Counted from the first letter of the whole stretch, positions 49,511 to 63,392 are shown. The stretch: DNA of 63,670 nt, filler included, from Chiloscyllium plagiosum (GCF_004010195.1; 4 parts of 2 records of this genome joined end to end with filler, not necessarily neighbours in it); one strand, 5' to 3'. Numbers and translations: made by a program. Notes: generated by a model from the letters alone, not told the origin.

Positions 49511-49832
49511 AGTGTAATTTATTCATGCTTGACGTGAATGTTAATGCAATTATTAAAACATTGAACTTACATTACGCATCCCTTTAGCAATTTTGACCAT
49601 TCCTTTAAGTGACTTTGAGCTATCTATCAAGGAGAACAGCCAGTCTGCTCCTGGATCTCTGCCATCAGAAAGTCCTAAGTACAGCTTAGGGTGACAATTT
49701 CCACTTATTCCTCTTGTTGTAATTAAAAGCTTGAAACGAGTGGTACCTATCTCTCTCTAGTGAAATGTATTTCATTTTGTTCCAAGCCTAGCAAATTACT
49801 TTTCAAGAAAATATATTGTTCAACAACTTAAT

Positions 49833-50177
49833 GGGTGGCACAGAGCCTCAATGGTTAGCACTGCTGCCTCATAGCGCCAAGGACCTGGGTTCGATTCTAG
49901 CCTCAGGCAACAGTCTGTGAGAAGTTTGCACATTTTCTCTGTGTCTGCGTGGGTTTCCTCCGGGTGCTCCCGTTTCCTCCCACAATTCAAAGGTGTTCAG
50001 GTCAGGAGAATTGGCCACGCTAAATTGCCCATAGTGTGCAGGGATGTGTAGGTTAGGTGCATCAGTCAAGGGTAAATATAGGGTAGGGGGACGGGCCTGG
50101 GTTAATCTTCGGAGAGTCAGTGTGGACTTGCTGGGCTGAAGGACCTGTTTCCATACTGTACGGATTCTAATTCTAAT
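49833..50177 (+). mobile_element. HE1-type V-SINE
   Basis: Head, V-domain and tail as in 19248-19595. Confidence 0.9.
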
Positions 50178-50548
50178 TTTCTGTCAACTGTATTGCATGC
50201 ATCTGAAAGGGTTAATACTGACGAATGCCATAAGTAGCATCCACTATAGAATAATGTCATATAAACTGTGGGCAGAATACCTGAGGAGCTCAAAGGTGTG
50301 AAATCTCATATCTGATCTTGCTCAGAGTCTCTGTAACAATGGCTGTCATATCAATGAAACATGGAACTAGTTGCCAACATGTTATAAAGAGTTTACCATG
50401 AAGGTGCCACATTCTCAACCTTTCCCCATGCCTGAGACGTGGTGACCCTCAGGTTAAACCACCACCAGTCATCTCTCTGGAACTGAGGGAGAGCAGTTTT
50501 GTAGTCTGGAAACTACAAGGCGATGTAACTTTTGCAAATTATAAAACA

Positions 50549-50729
50549 AAGAATGCGGATGCTAGAAATCTAAAACAAAAACAGAAGCAGCTGGAGAAAC
50601 TCAGCAGGTTTGGCAGTATCTGTGGAAAGAGAAAGCAGAGTTAACATTTCAAGTCCAGGGATCCTTCTTTGAAGCAGAAGAATAGGCCAGACCTGCTGAG
50701 TTTCTCCAGCTGCTTCTGTTTATGTGTGC
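50549..50729. mobile_element. Mini inverted PLE insertion
   Basis: ~36-bp near-perfect arms aaacagaagcagctggagaaactcagcaggtttggc / gccagacctgctgagtttctccagctgcttctgttt; ataaaaca on both flanks. Confidence 0.75.
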
Positions 50730-50977
50730 AATAAAACATATCTCATTAACGACAGGAAACTCTTCCAGTTAGATGGGAAAGTGGCTTTCCTCCATCAAGC
50801 ATGTCCTGTAATCACTACACTTAGACAATGTGGTAGCAGTCTCTGCACATACAGCAGGTTACATGGTGTTGACATGCCCACACAACAAACTTCTGTCTCC
50901 TCTTTCCTCTACTCTTCAAACTGTTGGTTCCTCACTGAGGCACAATGTAATGACAGCCAGCGACCTGAAGAATGCAA

Positions 50978-51108
50978 TTCCTGAAGAAGAGCTTATGCCC
51001 GAAACGTTGCTTCTCCTGCTCCTTTGATGCTGCCTGACCTGCTGCGCTTTTCCAGCAACACATTTTTCAGCTCTGATCTCCAGCATCTGCGGTCCTCACT
51101 TTCTCCTA
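50978..51108 (+). mobile_element. Solo hammerhead-bearing PLE terminal unit
   Basis: ttc-CTGAAGA-a-gagcttatgccc-GAAAC-GTT at 50978-51008. Confidence 0.85.
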
Positions 51109-51109
51109 G

Positions 51110-52950
51110 CGAATGGAACAACTCAATTAAACAACTCACTGGAGGAGGAGGCTCCACAAGTATCCCCATCCTCCATGATGGAGTGGCCCAGCATATCAGT
51201 GCAAAAGATAAGGCTAAAGTTTTTGTAGTAATCTTCAGCCCGAAGTGCTAAGTGGATGATCCATCTCAGCCTCATCCAGTGGTCCCCAGCATTACAAATA
51301 CCAGTCTTCAGCCAATTCAATTCCCTCCATGCGCTATCAAGAAACAATGGGTACTGCCCAGGCTATGGATCCTGACAATATTCCAGCAATAGTACTAAAG
51401 GCTTGTGCTGTAGAACTTGCCGCTCCCCTTGCCAAGCTGTTCCAGTAAAGTACAAAACTGGCATCTACCTGACAATGTGGAAAATTGCCCAGGTATGTTC
51501 TGTACACAAAAAGCCGGAAAAATCCAACCTAGCCAATTACCGCCCAATCAGTCTACTCTCCATCATCAGGAAAGTGATGGAAGGGCTCATCAACAGAGCT
51601 ATCAAGCAGCACCTGCTCAGCAATAACCTGCTCAGTGACGCCCAGTTTGGGTTCCACCAGGGCCACTCAGCTCCTGACCTCATTACAGCCTTGGGTCAAA
51701 CATGGACAAATGGGCTGAATTCCAAACGGGAGGGGAGAGGGACAGCCTTTGACATCAAGGCTGCATTCAACCGAGTGTGGCATCAAGGAGCCCTAGCAAA
51801 ACTGGAATCAATGGGTATCAGGGGGCAAACTCTCCAGTGGTTAGAGTCATACCTGACACATTGGAAGACAGTTGTGGTTGTTAGAGGTCAGTCATCTCAG
51901 CTCCAGGATATCTCTGCAGGAGTCCCTCAGGGGAGGGTCCTAGGCCCAATCATCTTCAGCTGCTTTATCAATGACCTTCCCTCCATCATAAGGTCAGAAG
52001 TGGGGATGTTCGCTTATGATTGCACAATGTTCAGCACCATTCGCGACTCCTCAGATACTGAAGCTGTCCATATTCAAATGCAACATGATCTGAACAATAT
52101 CCAGGCTTGGGCTGACAAGTGGCAAGTAACGCTTGCACCACACAAATGCCAGGCTATGACCATCTCCAGTACAAGACAATCTAACCACTGCTCCTTGACA
52201 TTCAATCACATTATCATCACTGAATCCCCCACTATTAGCATCCTTACAGTTACCATTGACCAGAATCTCAAATGGACTCACCACATAAACACAGTAGCTA
52301 CAGGAGCAGGTCAGAGACCAGGAATACAGTGGGGACTGACTCTCCTTCTGACTCCCCAAAGCCTGTCCACCATTTACAAGGGACAAGTCAGTGGAATACT
52401 CCCCATTGCCTGGATGGATGCAGTTCCAACAACACTTAAGAAGCTTGACACCATCCTGGACAAAGTAGCCTGCTTGATTGGCACGACATCCCCAAGTATC
52501 CATTCCCTCCACTCAGGGAAGCTTGTGATTTCAAATAAACCTGTTGGACTATAACCTGGTGTTATATGAGTTCTAACCTTGTCCACCCCAGGCCAACACC
52601 AGCACCTCCACATCACTGACACTCAGTAACAGCAGTGTACACTATCAACAAGATGCACTGCAGAAATTCACCAAAGATTCTTAGACAGCACCTTCCAAAC
52701 CCACGACCTTTTTATCTCAAAGTACAAAGGCAGCAGATACATGGGAATACCACACCTGCAAGTTCTCCTCCAAATCATTCACTATCCTGACTTGGAAATA
52801 TATCGCAGTTCCTTCTGTGTCACTGGGTCAAAATCCTGGAATTCCTTCCCAAAGGACATGGAGTACAGCACATGGACTACAGCTGTTCGAGAAGAGAGCT
52901 CACCTTCTCATTGGCAACCAGGTCCAGCCAGTGACACCCACATCCCCACC
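51110..52950 (+). mobile_element. L2/CR1-group LINE with a long residual RT ORF (51403-52554); short PLE-type insert at ~52517-52613
   Basis: NYRPISLLS, QFGF, FDIKAAFNRVWH, GVPQG and FAYD (catalytic FADD mutated). Confidence 0.9.
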
Positions 52951-54049
52951 ATTGAATATCAAATCGAATCAAGGGAAATTGAATCCTCTGTCAGAAGGCA
53001 GGGTGGTCCAATCTTATTGGAGACACTTTTCCTGATCCTGCAATGGGCGTGGGGAACTCTGATCCTGACTGGTTCCCAATCTCTCACCGAGGGAAGTACA
53101 TAATTGCAGGATGAATGTCATGTCACTGATCCCGGCACTGGCTTACATCCCAAACTCTTGAGAGCTGTGTCTTGCACCATTATAATTCTGGAATGTGATG
53201 GGGGAGGGAGAGTTTGGTCCTTGGGAAATCAATCTTGGGATTGGTTTCAATCTTGGGGCAGGGAAGAAAGTATACATTTTTGTATGCCCAGAGGGAACAA
53301 CCAATAAAACTTGTCATACTTGGAAATGAGTGCACTGGTTATACTGGAGCCTCAGTTTGAAGTATACAAGACGCCCAGACCAATATGTGTAATTCTCTGG
53401 TTTTACTGGTTTACTCTTCACAGTGGTGGTGTCTGATATTGGTGGAGATTGAAGAGACATCGAGGGACCAGGAGAAATTATCCAGGAGTAATGTTGTGAA
53501 GGTTCTAGTCTTCTTCCCGAGGCTGTCTTCACCTTGCTGAGTTAAACTCAAAAGTGGAAATCCAAGGCTTCCAACTTCACTAACTGATTTAAATAAAAAC
53601 AGCGCGCATTCTCAGAGTGTAATGGCTGCCCTCCCTCGTTCAGCAAGAAATAACCTCAAACTCAGCATTAGAGGCAGCTTTCTTACAATTCTGTTGTCTT
53701 TCCCTGATGTAACCACCTTACTTGAATTCATTTCACCCACTCATCCATCTTAATATTTGCCACTTGGGTAAATTTACTGCATAATTTGACATATTTCAAT
53801 AGAACAGAGTTCATCACAAATTATTAGTAGTGATAAGATTTAGGTTATTACATCCTATTTAAAAAACTTAATTTTTAATCAAACTGCATACGTGTCTCTC
53901 TAAAGGCAAAAGTCAAAATTTATCATCCATTTGTGATGATCTCATTGAGATGAAGTTGTAAGATGTGGTTAAGTAAACACAGCCATTTCAGAACCGATTA
54001 CAGATAGAATGTGCAATGATTCTTTAAATCTTCAGCAATTATGTACATT

Positions 54050-54540
54050 TCGTCAGACAGAAGATACAAAAGCTTACCAACACATTCAAGAACAGCGGCA
54101 CGGTGGCACAGTGGTTAGCACTGCTGCCTCACAGCGCCAGAGACCTGGGTTCAATTACCGCCTCAGGCGACTGACTGTGTGGAGTTTGCACATTCTGTGT
54201 GGGTTTGCTCCGGTTTCCTCCCACAGTCCAAAAATGTGCAGGTTAGGTGAACTGGTCATGTTAAATTGCCCATAGTGTTAGGAGTGGGTTGCGGGTCGGT
54301 GTGGACTTGTTGGGCCGAAGGGTCTGTTTCCACACTGTAAGAAATCTAATCTAAACAGCTTCTTCCCTGCTGCTATTGGACGTCTCAAATTTCAAATCTA
54401 ATGTTGATCTTACTTTGTATGTGCCTTTGCTGCTGCTGTAATATCGTATTCCTCGCGCTGTTGTATCACCCCATGATCTTTGTATGGTATAATCTGCCTG
54501 TATTGCATGCAAAACAAAACTTTTCACTGTACGTAGATAC
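54050..54540 (+). mobile_element. Rex1/Babar-like 3' fragment interrupted by an HE1 SINE (~54097-54352)
   Basis: Matches 49250-49480; aacagc is duplicated on both sides of the SINE. Confidence 0.8.
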
Positions 54541-54552
54541 ATAGAATCACAG

Positions 54553-54752
54553 ACTTGTAGAATCCCTACAGTGTGGAAACAGGCCACTCGGCCCAACAAG
54601 TCCACACTGACCCTCCGAAGAGTATTGCACCCAGATTCATTCCCTACTCTACATTTACCCCTGACTAATGCACCTAATCTACACATCCCTGAATACAGTG
54701 GGCAATTTAGCATAGCCAATTCACCCTAACCTGCTCATCTTTGGACTGTGGG
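54553..54752 (-). mobile_element. 5'-truncated HE1 SINE
   Basis: gaatccctacagtgtggaaacaggcc...catctttggactgtggg. Confidence 0.85.
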
Positions 54753-54919
54753 ACAATGATAAATCAAGCCAAATCAGAAACAAAAGACAGCACCTACAAT
54801 AATATGGGGAAAATGTGTAAAATTGAAGAACAATGAACAAAGGTATCAATCACTAAAAAGCGCATGAGAAAAGTGGGTGACAAATGTAGCCTATGAGCTC
54901 AGACAAGTAACAAAGAATA

Positions 54920-55100
54920 AAGACATGCATTAATGCCATGACCACTGAACATCTCAAAGTGTTTTACAATCAGTGAAGTACTTTTTGAAGTATTGTAATG
55001 TAGGAAACTTGACAACCAATACGTGCACACCTAATTCCCACTAACAGCAATGTGGTTATGACCAGATAGTCTGTATTATCGTGATGTCAGTTGAGGACTT
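54920..55100 (-). mobile_element. DeuSINE-like (SacSINE1/AmnSINE1-related) 3' fragment
   Basis: tgaagtactttttgaagt..tgtaatgtaggaaac..acagcaatgtggttatgaccagata resembles the reversed Deu-SINE 3' region (recognised from memory, not aligned). Confidence 0.5.
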
Positions 55101-56189
55101 AGTGAAAATTACAAAGTAGATTCAACATTCTATGTGACAAATCAATTCACAGCAGAAATCAACTAAGCCAATAGAACATCAATAAACTTAGCCAAATAGT
55201 CCCAAAAAAAAATCAAAGCCAGTTATCCTCAAAGAAGATAAAATGTACAATGTCCTGCTGAGATCCATTCCTTACTGTGCCAGTCAGACTCAGAAGAAGC
55301 ATTCAAACCATGAAAATAGTGATTTAAAAAATAACAAGTCAGCCTTAATAAGGCAGCTTTAGATGTCTAAGTTGTAAAGAAATAATGAGAAATGCTTTCT
55401 AACCTAAAAAGGAGATCTTTGAAAGATAATTTTATAGAGTATTCTGACAGCATAAGAAAAAGTAACACTGTACAATTACTTCAAAGTAAATTTCGAGAGT
55501 AGGACAAAATATCTCAAGTTCAAATAAGAGCATATGCTGCTCCATTGTTAGGCAATTCTTTTTCACATAAAGTGATCAATACATGAAGTAGACTGCTGGA
55601 CAATGTAGTGGAGGCAAAATCCCTGAAATAATTTAAGAAAGAAATTGCTGCAACTGACAGCAATAGGAACTTTCTAGATGGATGGACTGAGATTGGTCAA
55701 ATAACCTTCCTCATCTATTATTACCTCCTGAAAACTTCGCTGTGATGAAATGGCCCTGTCTGAAAACTAGATAATACATTGTCTGAAACTGTCTTTCACA
55801 GTCAACTGTAAGTAGGCAGGTACCCGCAGAATAACCACTGAAAGCATTTTGAATGTACCTGAAAGGCAATTGGTTGTGGTATGCCTTTCACATTCAGATC
55901 TGGAAGAACTTCATTTCAAAATAACATTGAATGGCATGCAATCGTCAGAAAACCCCTAAATATACAAAGAGGCTACACAGTTAATTGCCAAAATCAGCTT
56001 CCAGTCAATCAACTGTCCACCGGGTACAGCTGGGAATGAATTTCACATGAGGAATTCACAGAACTCATTGTAACACATGAACATCATTGACTCTACATTC
56101 AATACCATTGAAAATGTTTGTCAGATGACACCTATTTTATTGTAGATGGTCAATTAAAAAAGTACCCTTTTGGATGATGTGATTGCATT

Positions 56190-57266
56190 TCAGAAACTGA
56201 TGATACCAAAAGAGTAAAACAGAGAAGGTGGCTCAATCTTGGCTATCAAGGGAAAGCAGCAAACCTGAGGACTGGGAGAAATGTAAAATTCCTCAGAGGA
56301 GGACAAAGGAGGAAAAGGGAAAATAGCATATGGATGTAAGCCTGTGGAAAACATAAAAACTGATGGCAAAAGCTTTTGTAGATATGTGAAGAGAAAAAGA
56401 CCAGTGAAAACTAATGTAGGCCCTTCACGGTTATAATCAGGTGAATTCAAACCAGTTGAAGAAATATTTTGGATCTGTCTTCACTGAGAACAGCATAAAT
56501 AACCTTCAGGAAATGCTCAGGGATAGTGGGTCAGGGATGAAGGGGAAGCTAAAGGAAATCTTTATCACTCAGGAAATGGTATTGGGGAAATTGATGGGAT
56601 TAAAACCCGATAAGGCCCCAGAGCCTGATGCTCTGCATCCCAGAGTACTTAAGGAAGTGGCCCCAGAAATATTAGTGATCATTTTCTAGTATTCTGTAGA
56701 CTCTGGAGGAGTTCCAATGGAATAGAGGGGAGCTAATGTAACCTTACTCTTTAAAAAAGGAGGGAGAGAGAAAATGGGGAATTATAGGTCAGTTAGCCTG
56801 ACATCGGTGGTGGGGAAAATGCTGGAGTCAATTATTAAGGATGTAATAACTGAGCATTTGGAAAGCAGTAACAGAATTGGTCATAATCAGCATGGATTCA
56901 CTAAAGGGAAACTATGCTTGACAAATCTTCTGGAATTGTTTGAGGATGTGACCAGTAGAGTGGAGAAGGGTGGATCAGTGGATGTTGTGTATCTGGACTT
57001 TCAAAAGGCTTTTGACAAGGTCCCATACATGAGATTAGTAAGGAACATTAAAGTTCACGGTATCAGAGGTAATGTATTGACGTGGATAAAGAACTGGTTG
57101 GCAGACAGGAAGCAGAGAGTTGGAATAAAAGGTCCTTTTCAGAGCAGCAGGCAGTGACGAATGGGGTGCTGCAGGGTTCAGTGCTGGGATCCCAGCTGTT
57201 CACAAAAACATTAATAATTTGGACGAAGGAATTGAATGCAATATCTCCAAATGTGCAGATGACACT
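56190..57266 (+). mobile_element. CR1 ORF2 fragment, truncated by a gap
   Basis: KAPEPDALHPRVLKE, GNYRSVSLTSVVGK, QHGF and YLDFQKAFDKVP. Confidence 0.92.
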
Positions 57267-57366
57267 NNNNNNNNNNNNNNNNNNNNNNNNNNNNNNNNNN
57301 NNNNNNNNNNTTAATTAATTAANNNNNNNNNNNNNNNNNNNNNNNNNNNNNNNNNNNNNNNNNNNN

Positions 57367-57742
57367 CTCCGGGTGCTCCGGTTTCCTCCCACAGTCCAAA
57401 AATGTGCAGGTTAGGTGAATTGGCCACGCTAAATTGCCCGTAGTGTTAGGTGCAGGGGTAAATGTAGGGGAATGGGTCTGGGTGGGTGCGCTTCGGCGGG
57501 TCAGTGTGAACTTGTTGGGCCGAAGGGCCTGTTTCTACACTGTAAGTAATCTAATCTAATCTAATCTAAGATACTCCCCTCCTGACTTGGAAATATACCA
57601 TCATTCCTTGATTGTCACTGGACCATAATCCTGGAATTGCCTCCCTAAGGGAATTATGAGTCTACTTAAATCATGTGACTGCAGGAGTTCAAGAAGGCAG
57701 CACGGTGGCACAGTGGTTAGCACTGCTGCCTCACAGCGCCAG
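57367..57742 (+). mobile_element. Partial HE1 SINEs (57367-57568 and 57696-57742) around a LINE tail fragment, between gaps
   Basis: V-domain plus (ctaat)n tail; SINE head ggcagcacggtggcacagtggttagc. Confidence 0.85.
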
Positions 57743-58446
57743 NNNNNNNNNNNNNNNNNNNNNNNNNNNNNNNNNNNNNNNNNNNNNNNNNNNNNNNNNN
57801 NNNNNNNNNNNNNNNNNNNNNNNNNNNNNNNNNNNNNNNNNNNNNNNNNNNNNNNNNNNNGTGNNNNNNNNNNNNNNNNNNNNNNNNNNNNNNNNNNNNN
57901 NNNNNNNNNNNNNNNNNNNNNNNNNNNNNNNNNNNNNNNNNNNNNNNNNNNNNNNNNNNNNNNNNNNNNNNNNNNNNNNNNNNNNNNNNNNNNNNNNNNN
58001 NNNNNNNNNNNNNNNNNNNNNNNNNNNNNNNNNNNNNNNNNNNNNNNNNNNNNNNNNNNNNNNNNNNNNNNNNNNNNNNNNNNNNNNNNNNNNNNNNNNN
58101 NNNNNNNNNNNNNNNNNNNNNNNNNNNNNNNNNNNNNNNNNNNNNNNNNNNNNNNNNNNNNNNNNNNNNNNNNNNNNNNNNNNNNNNNNNNNNNNNNNNN
58201 NNNNNNNNNNNNNNNNNNNNNNNNNNNNNNNNNNNNNNNNNNNNNNNNNNNNNNNNNNNNNNNNNNNNNNNNNNNNNNNNNNNNNNNNNNNNNNNNNNNN
58301 NNNNNNNNNNNNNNNNNNNNNNNNNNNNNNNNNNNNNNNNNNNNNNNNNNNNNNNNNNNNNNNCAGGGTCCTTCCATGTCCCTTATACTCCCTGATGTAC
58401 CCATATGGTCTCCATAGTCATTCACCCAATTTCCACTCTGGATAGG

Positions 58447-58745
58447 TTTAGATTAGATTACTTACAGTGTGGAAACTGGCCCTTCAGCCCAATAAGTCCA
58501 CACCGACCCGCCGAAGCGCAACCCACCCATACCCCTACCTTTACCCCTTACCTAACACTACGGACAATTTAGCATGGCCAATTCACCTGACCTGCACATC
58601 TTTGGAGTGTGGGAGGAAACCGGAGCACCCGGAGGAAACCCACGCAGACATGGGGAGAACGTGCAAACTCCACACAGTCAGTCGCCTGAAGCGGGAATTG
58701 AACCCGGGTCTCTGGCGCTGTGAGGCAGCAGTGCCACCGTGCTGT
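58447..58745 (-). mobile_element. HE1 V-SINE
   Basis: Same family as 39190-39507. Confidence 0.92.
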
Positions 58746-59857
58746 CTTAGGAGCTGTGTTATAGCAAAGGAGAGTCTTTGTATTGGATGTGGAAAAAACT
58801 AAACAGCCAACAATTCAATACAGTTGTCAGGGGAGGTCCTTTCATTCTGAAAGAAAAAGGCTTCCAGAGTCATTAGGAAAAACGTTAAGTCCACTCAAAG
58901 CTGTAATTCAGTAGTGAAAATGAAGGGTGGAATCTTCCCAGCTGCTGAATGATGTCAGCATTGGTGAGATAGCTGGGAGAATTGTATGAGATGTCCACAA
59001 GGTCCCAAACAAACATCTACTAATGTACCACATCAAAAATAGATAACGTTTAACAACCTCTTATTATTATAAGATTGACACTTTAACATAAACAAACTAC
59101 ATACAAAATGTCCTGCCAAGACAAGGTTTTGAAACTAAGCAAATAACTCATCATGGGCTTAGCTGATAAAACAAATCATGAACCAAGCAACGAAAACTAT
59201 TGAAACTGAAAGAACTCTTTTCTCTATTTCAAAAAGGTCCGAGAGTCAAAGGCGCACTGGCGTTGCATCGGCTCTCATGTTTCACTCAGTCTCTGAAATG
59301 TCAGAACCATGTCTCCAAATGGAAGACATCTGACTGTATCACAACCATGTGGGAGAGGGAACACTTTACACTGCTGACACAAATGATGGAGCCAGCAAAG
59401 GCAGAAGAGTTGATTGCAGGTTTGTTCTCTGCACCTTTATCTCACAGTGGTGAGGGTTTTTGAAAATGGAAATGGAGTGAGAATCTCAGAATTGGGTCCT
59501 GCCTAATGTTTACCATCTTGGCCCACTGTTCTGCTTCTTGTCCCTCTCTTCAGCGTTGATGAATAGAAGTTAATGATACAAATCTTAACTTTTACCTTAG
59601 CAGAAGATAAATTGTTCACTAACATATTAAATCCTAAATTATAGAAGTGAATCATTTATCCATTCCCTTATTTCTAGCCTACAGTGCAAATTTACAATTT
59701 GCATAAGGAAAAAGAAAAAAAATCACATGAAATTAAACTTAGGACTACAAGCACACACGAATACTATATCTTGTATGCACAGGTCGCTAAGGAAGCACGG
59801 TTTACACAAAACCTGACAGTTACAGAAATTTCCCACAAAGTAATGACATGCAAAGTT

Positions 59858-60206
59858 AGGAGGTGATGGTCTAGTGGTGATATCACTAGACTGTTAACCC
59901 AGAGATGCAGTAATATTCTGGGGACCTGGGTTTGAATCCCACCATGGCAGATGGTGGAATTTGAGTTCAATAAATATTTGGGATTAAAAGTTGAATGATG
60001 TCCCTGAGTCAATTGTCAGGAAAAACCCATCTGGTTCACTAATGTCCTTTAGGAAAGGAAGCTGCCATCCTTATCTGGGTTGGCCTACATGTGACTCCAG
60101 ACCCACAGCAAAGTGGCTAACTCTTAACTGCCCTTTAGGTGATTAGGAATGGCCAATAAATTCTGGCCTAGCTAATGATGTGCTCATCCTGTGAATGAAT
60201 AAAAGA
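59858..60206 (+). mobile_element. tRNA-derived SINE of a second family
   Basis: A box tggtctagtgg, B box gggtttgaatccc, core ctggttcactaatgtcctttagg, and a tail ending gtgaatgaataaaa. Confidence 0.75.
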
Positions 60207-60553
60207 AACTTGTGCATTTTACAAAGAACAAAACATTTGCCCTCAATGGACTTTACACCAGAGTATTGAAAGGGGTAGAACATTAAATTAACATTTTGAA
60301 AGATATCTTGAACAATTGCTAAAGGATAAGTAAGGATTCCCCAGAAAACTAATTACGCAGCAGTATATCAGCATTTGAAATATGAATTAAATGTACTTTG
60401 AACAAGAAAACAGTGAAACAGCAGGAGAAACAAAGAATAATTAACTGTAGTCAGCATGGATTCTCAGGCAGGAGACCAAGGCCAGAAACAGAAAGGCTTT
60501 CCAAAGAAATGAATAGACCGGGTCCCAAAAATTCCTTTGTGCAATGGCATTCT

Positions 60554-60869
60554 TTAGATTAGATTCCCTACAGTGTGGAAACAGGCCCTTCGGCCCAACA
60601 AGTCCACACCGACCCTCCAAAGAGTCATACACCCAGACCTATTTCCCTACATTCACCCCTGACTAATGCACCTAACACTATGGGCAATTTAGCATGGCCA
60701 ATTCACCTGACCTGCCCATCTTTGACTGTGGGAGGAAACTAGAGCACCTGGAGGAAACCCACGCAGATACGGGAAGACTCCACACAGACAGTCGCCCAAG
60801 GCAGGAATCAAACCCAGGTTCCTGGTGCTGTGAGGCAGCAGTGCTAACCACTGGGCCACCGTGCTGCCC
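60554..60869 (-). mobile_element. HE1-type V-SINE
   Basis: Head, V-domain and tail on the minus strand. Confidence 0.9.
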
Positions 60870-63392
60870 AAATTAATTAACATTATTTCAGGCAAGACAA
60901 TTAATTATTTTATCAATACTTTGTAGGTCAAACATCTGCACATTTGATGTTTAGAAACCAAGCTAAATGTATATTCACCCAGACAGGTTGGGTAGGGTTA
61001 AACCGTTGCTATACTGGGCCTGTTGGTGGTAACTGTACTGCAGCCATTTCTGACTACGCCAATGTAACAAAAAGCCAATCAGGCAGATCCTGACCAGCGT
61101 CAAGGTTACCAGCTCTGCAGGGCAGATGGTCAATCTTTGGTTGCTGCGCATCACTTCGGAACAAGCAGCTCTTTCATACCAGCAGCAGCGCCACCAGCAG
61201 GATGGGCTACTGCTGGTACTGCAGGAGGCCCATGAAGGGGAACCGCCTTAAGACACCAGAACCTGGGGAAGTAGGAGAGGCTTGGTGTAATCAGCCAGGC
61301 ACGACTCAGAGAGAGGGATCAGGTTAAAGCAAAGAGAGATCTTCTTGCAGGTCCCTCTAGTGGGCACAGCATGCCCACGTATGAAAGGACCTCTGACTCT
61401 ACTGGCAGGCCTGACAGGATATATCTGGTACCTTGTCTACATATGGCATGGCATCCATACTGTCCACATCATCCCTCTATCCTGAACACTGGCCTCAGTT
61501 AAAATACAAACTACTTCATTGGCCATTTATGAATCTCAATTGGCCTCAGGGTTGGAAGAGTGAATTTGACTGATTCTGTCACAGATTTAATTAGCAGGGG
61601 AAGTCAGGAATGTGAGGGGCACTCCAACTAATGATTTTCAACCTCATTTTAGGCCCACTCCCTGCCACCTTGCTGCCCACTCTCAGAACTGTGAGCTGTC
61701 TGACTTTTTGCCTGTTTTCTCTGCATGACTGAATTAGATTTGCAATTGCACATTCCCAGGCCCTGGTGTCTGACCTTGTCCCCACCTCCTCCATTCCCAA
61801 AAAATCCTCTAAAGCCCAATAACCATGAGATACATTGCGGAAACTTGATCCTTGGAAGAAACTGCATAAAATAATAATAACTTGCATACTCTCAATGTAA
61901 ATTGTCCAAGTATAGGTGACATCAGTTTCAGAGAAATAATAGATGTGAAATTCAGAAATCAATCTTACCCCAGTAATGTCCTTGGGATCTATGTGTAAGT
62001 CAGCATGTGACATCTTAATCCCCATTTGTGATCATTCTCTCAATGGCTACTCAATGGAGTATTCTGTATAAAGAAAAGCTCTCATCAAAGGAATTAGCAT
62101 AAGAAATTTATGCATTTATTTGATTTTCCAAAATAGAAATGACAGTACTTTTCAAATACTGCCCCGACATTGACAAAAAAAATGCAGCAGTAACACAGCA
62201 TCTTTGATTTAGCTTCTAATTGTGCAATGATCTGTGTGATGTGTATTTTTGACAAAATGAAATGCTGTATTAATTTTCCTATCCGAGCTAGAGTAATTGT
62301 TGCACAGAGCAACGGAGTGTGCTTTGCCAAACACCTGGGCCCAATTCTCTCCAGGGGGTTGGGGGGGAATTGCACTCTATCAGTTCATCAGCTGTTCTAA
62401 GGCGAGTAGTGCATCTGTGATCAGCCAAGGAGACAGAATGTCCACATTCAATCATTTAGTTTAGCAGCACTTTGAATCAGAGAATAAATTCTCTGCAAAT
62501 CCACACTCTGAAAGAAGAGGTTTTAATATCTGGAGAGCCTTTCTTCCATGACTTACACTGTAAACAGATAAATATTTCTTATTTCAACTGATATTTTTAA
62601 TGGGTTATGAGATTTTGGTTTAAGAGTCACAAATGACCCAAAAAGATGGTCAGCCCTTCAGTGTTTTTAAAGTTGTTTATTAAGAAGCAATAGTTTAAAA
62701 GTGGTGTAGAAGTTAAAGCCAGAAAAAGCAAAGGGCTTGTGACAGGTTGGAATGTATTCATAATCCTTTATCAGAATGAATGGACAGACGACGTTGAGTA
62801 ATATGGATCTCTGTCACTGTTGGCAGCAGTCTTCTGCTGTCATGGAGAGTTAGGAAGCTCTTCCTGAGTCTTGCTCCATCTGAAGAAGGTTGAAGCCAGC
62901 ACAGGTCGCTTCACAAACTCTTGCCTGTGGAGAACATGTTTAATCAGCTGTCAGATTCTTGGCAATCAGCCTTCTCTGGATGGGCCAGCATTCCTTGTCC
63001 AAGCTGAACTACTCTTCAGAAAGCAGGGGTGAGCTACCTTTGGGAATCACTGTAGGATTCTTTGAAAAAAAAATCATGTTTAAAAAAATTTGCAGCCCCT
63101 CGCAAATAACAATTGGATTGTTTTAAAATCGGTTTCTCCGTGGATTATATGTCAATACCTTCCTCCTTCCTCCTCTTCAGGCCATTGTTTTCAAGTAGAT
63201 GTCCACGTCTTGTAGTCATTCGTCAGTGCATTTTCACCAAGTGTTCCCTTATGTTAGTTACCTCAGATGTAACAATCATTTCTGCACAATTACATCAGCA
63301 TCCCAAGATTGTGCCACATATTTCTGACTGTCGGGTAACCTTTCCAAAATATCAAAGCTGAAGGGCCGGGATATGAGTTACTTCGCCGCTAA

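Noticed and set aside
51403..52554. 383-aa ORF as a host or functional gene
   Set aside because: LINE RT remnant with mutated catalytic motif (FAYD), frameshifted start and a repeat-derived end.
57601..58445. 253-274 aa ORFs and an isolated 'gtg' within Ns
   Set aside because: Artefacts of translating an N gap.
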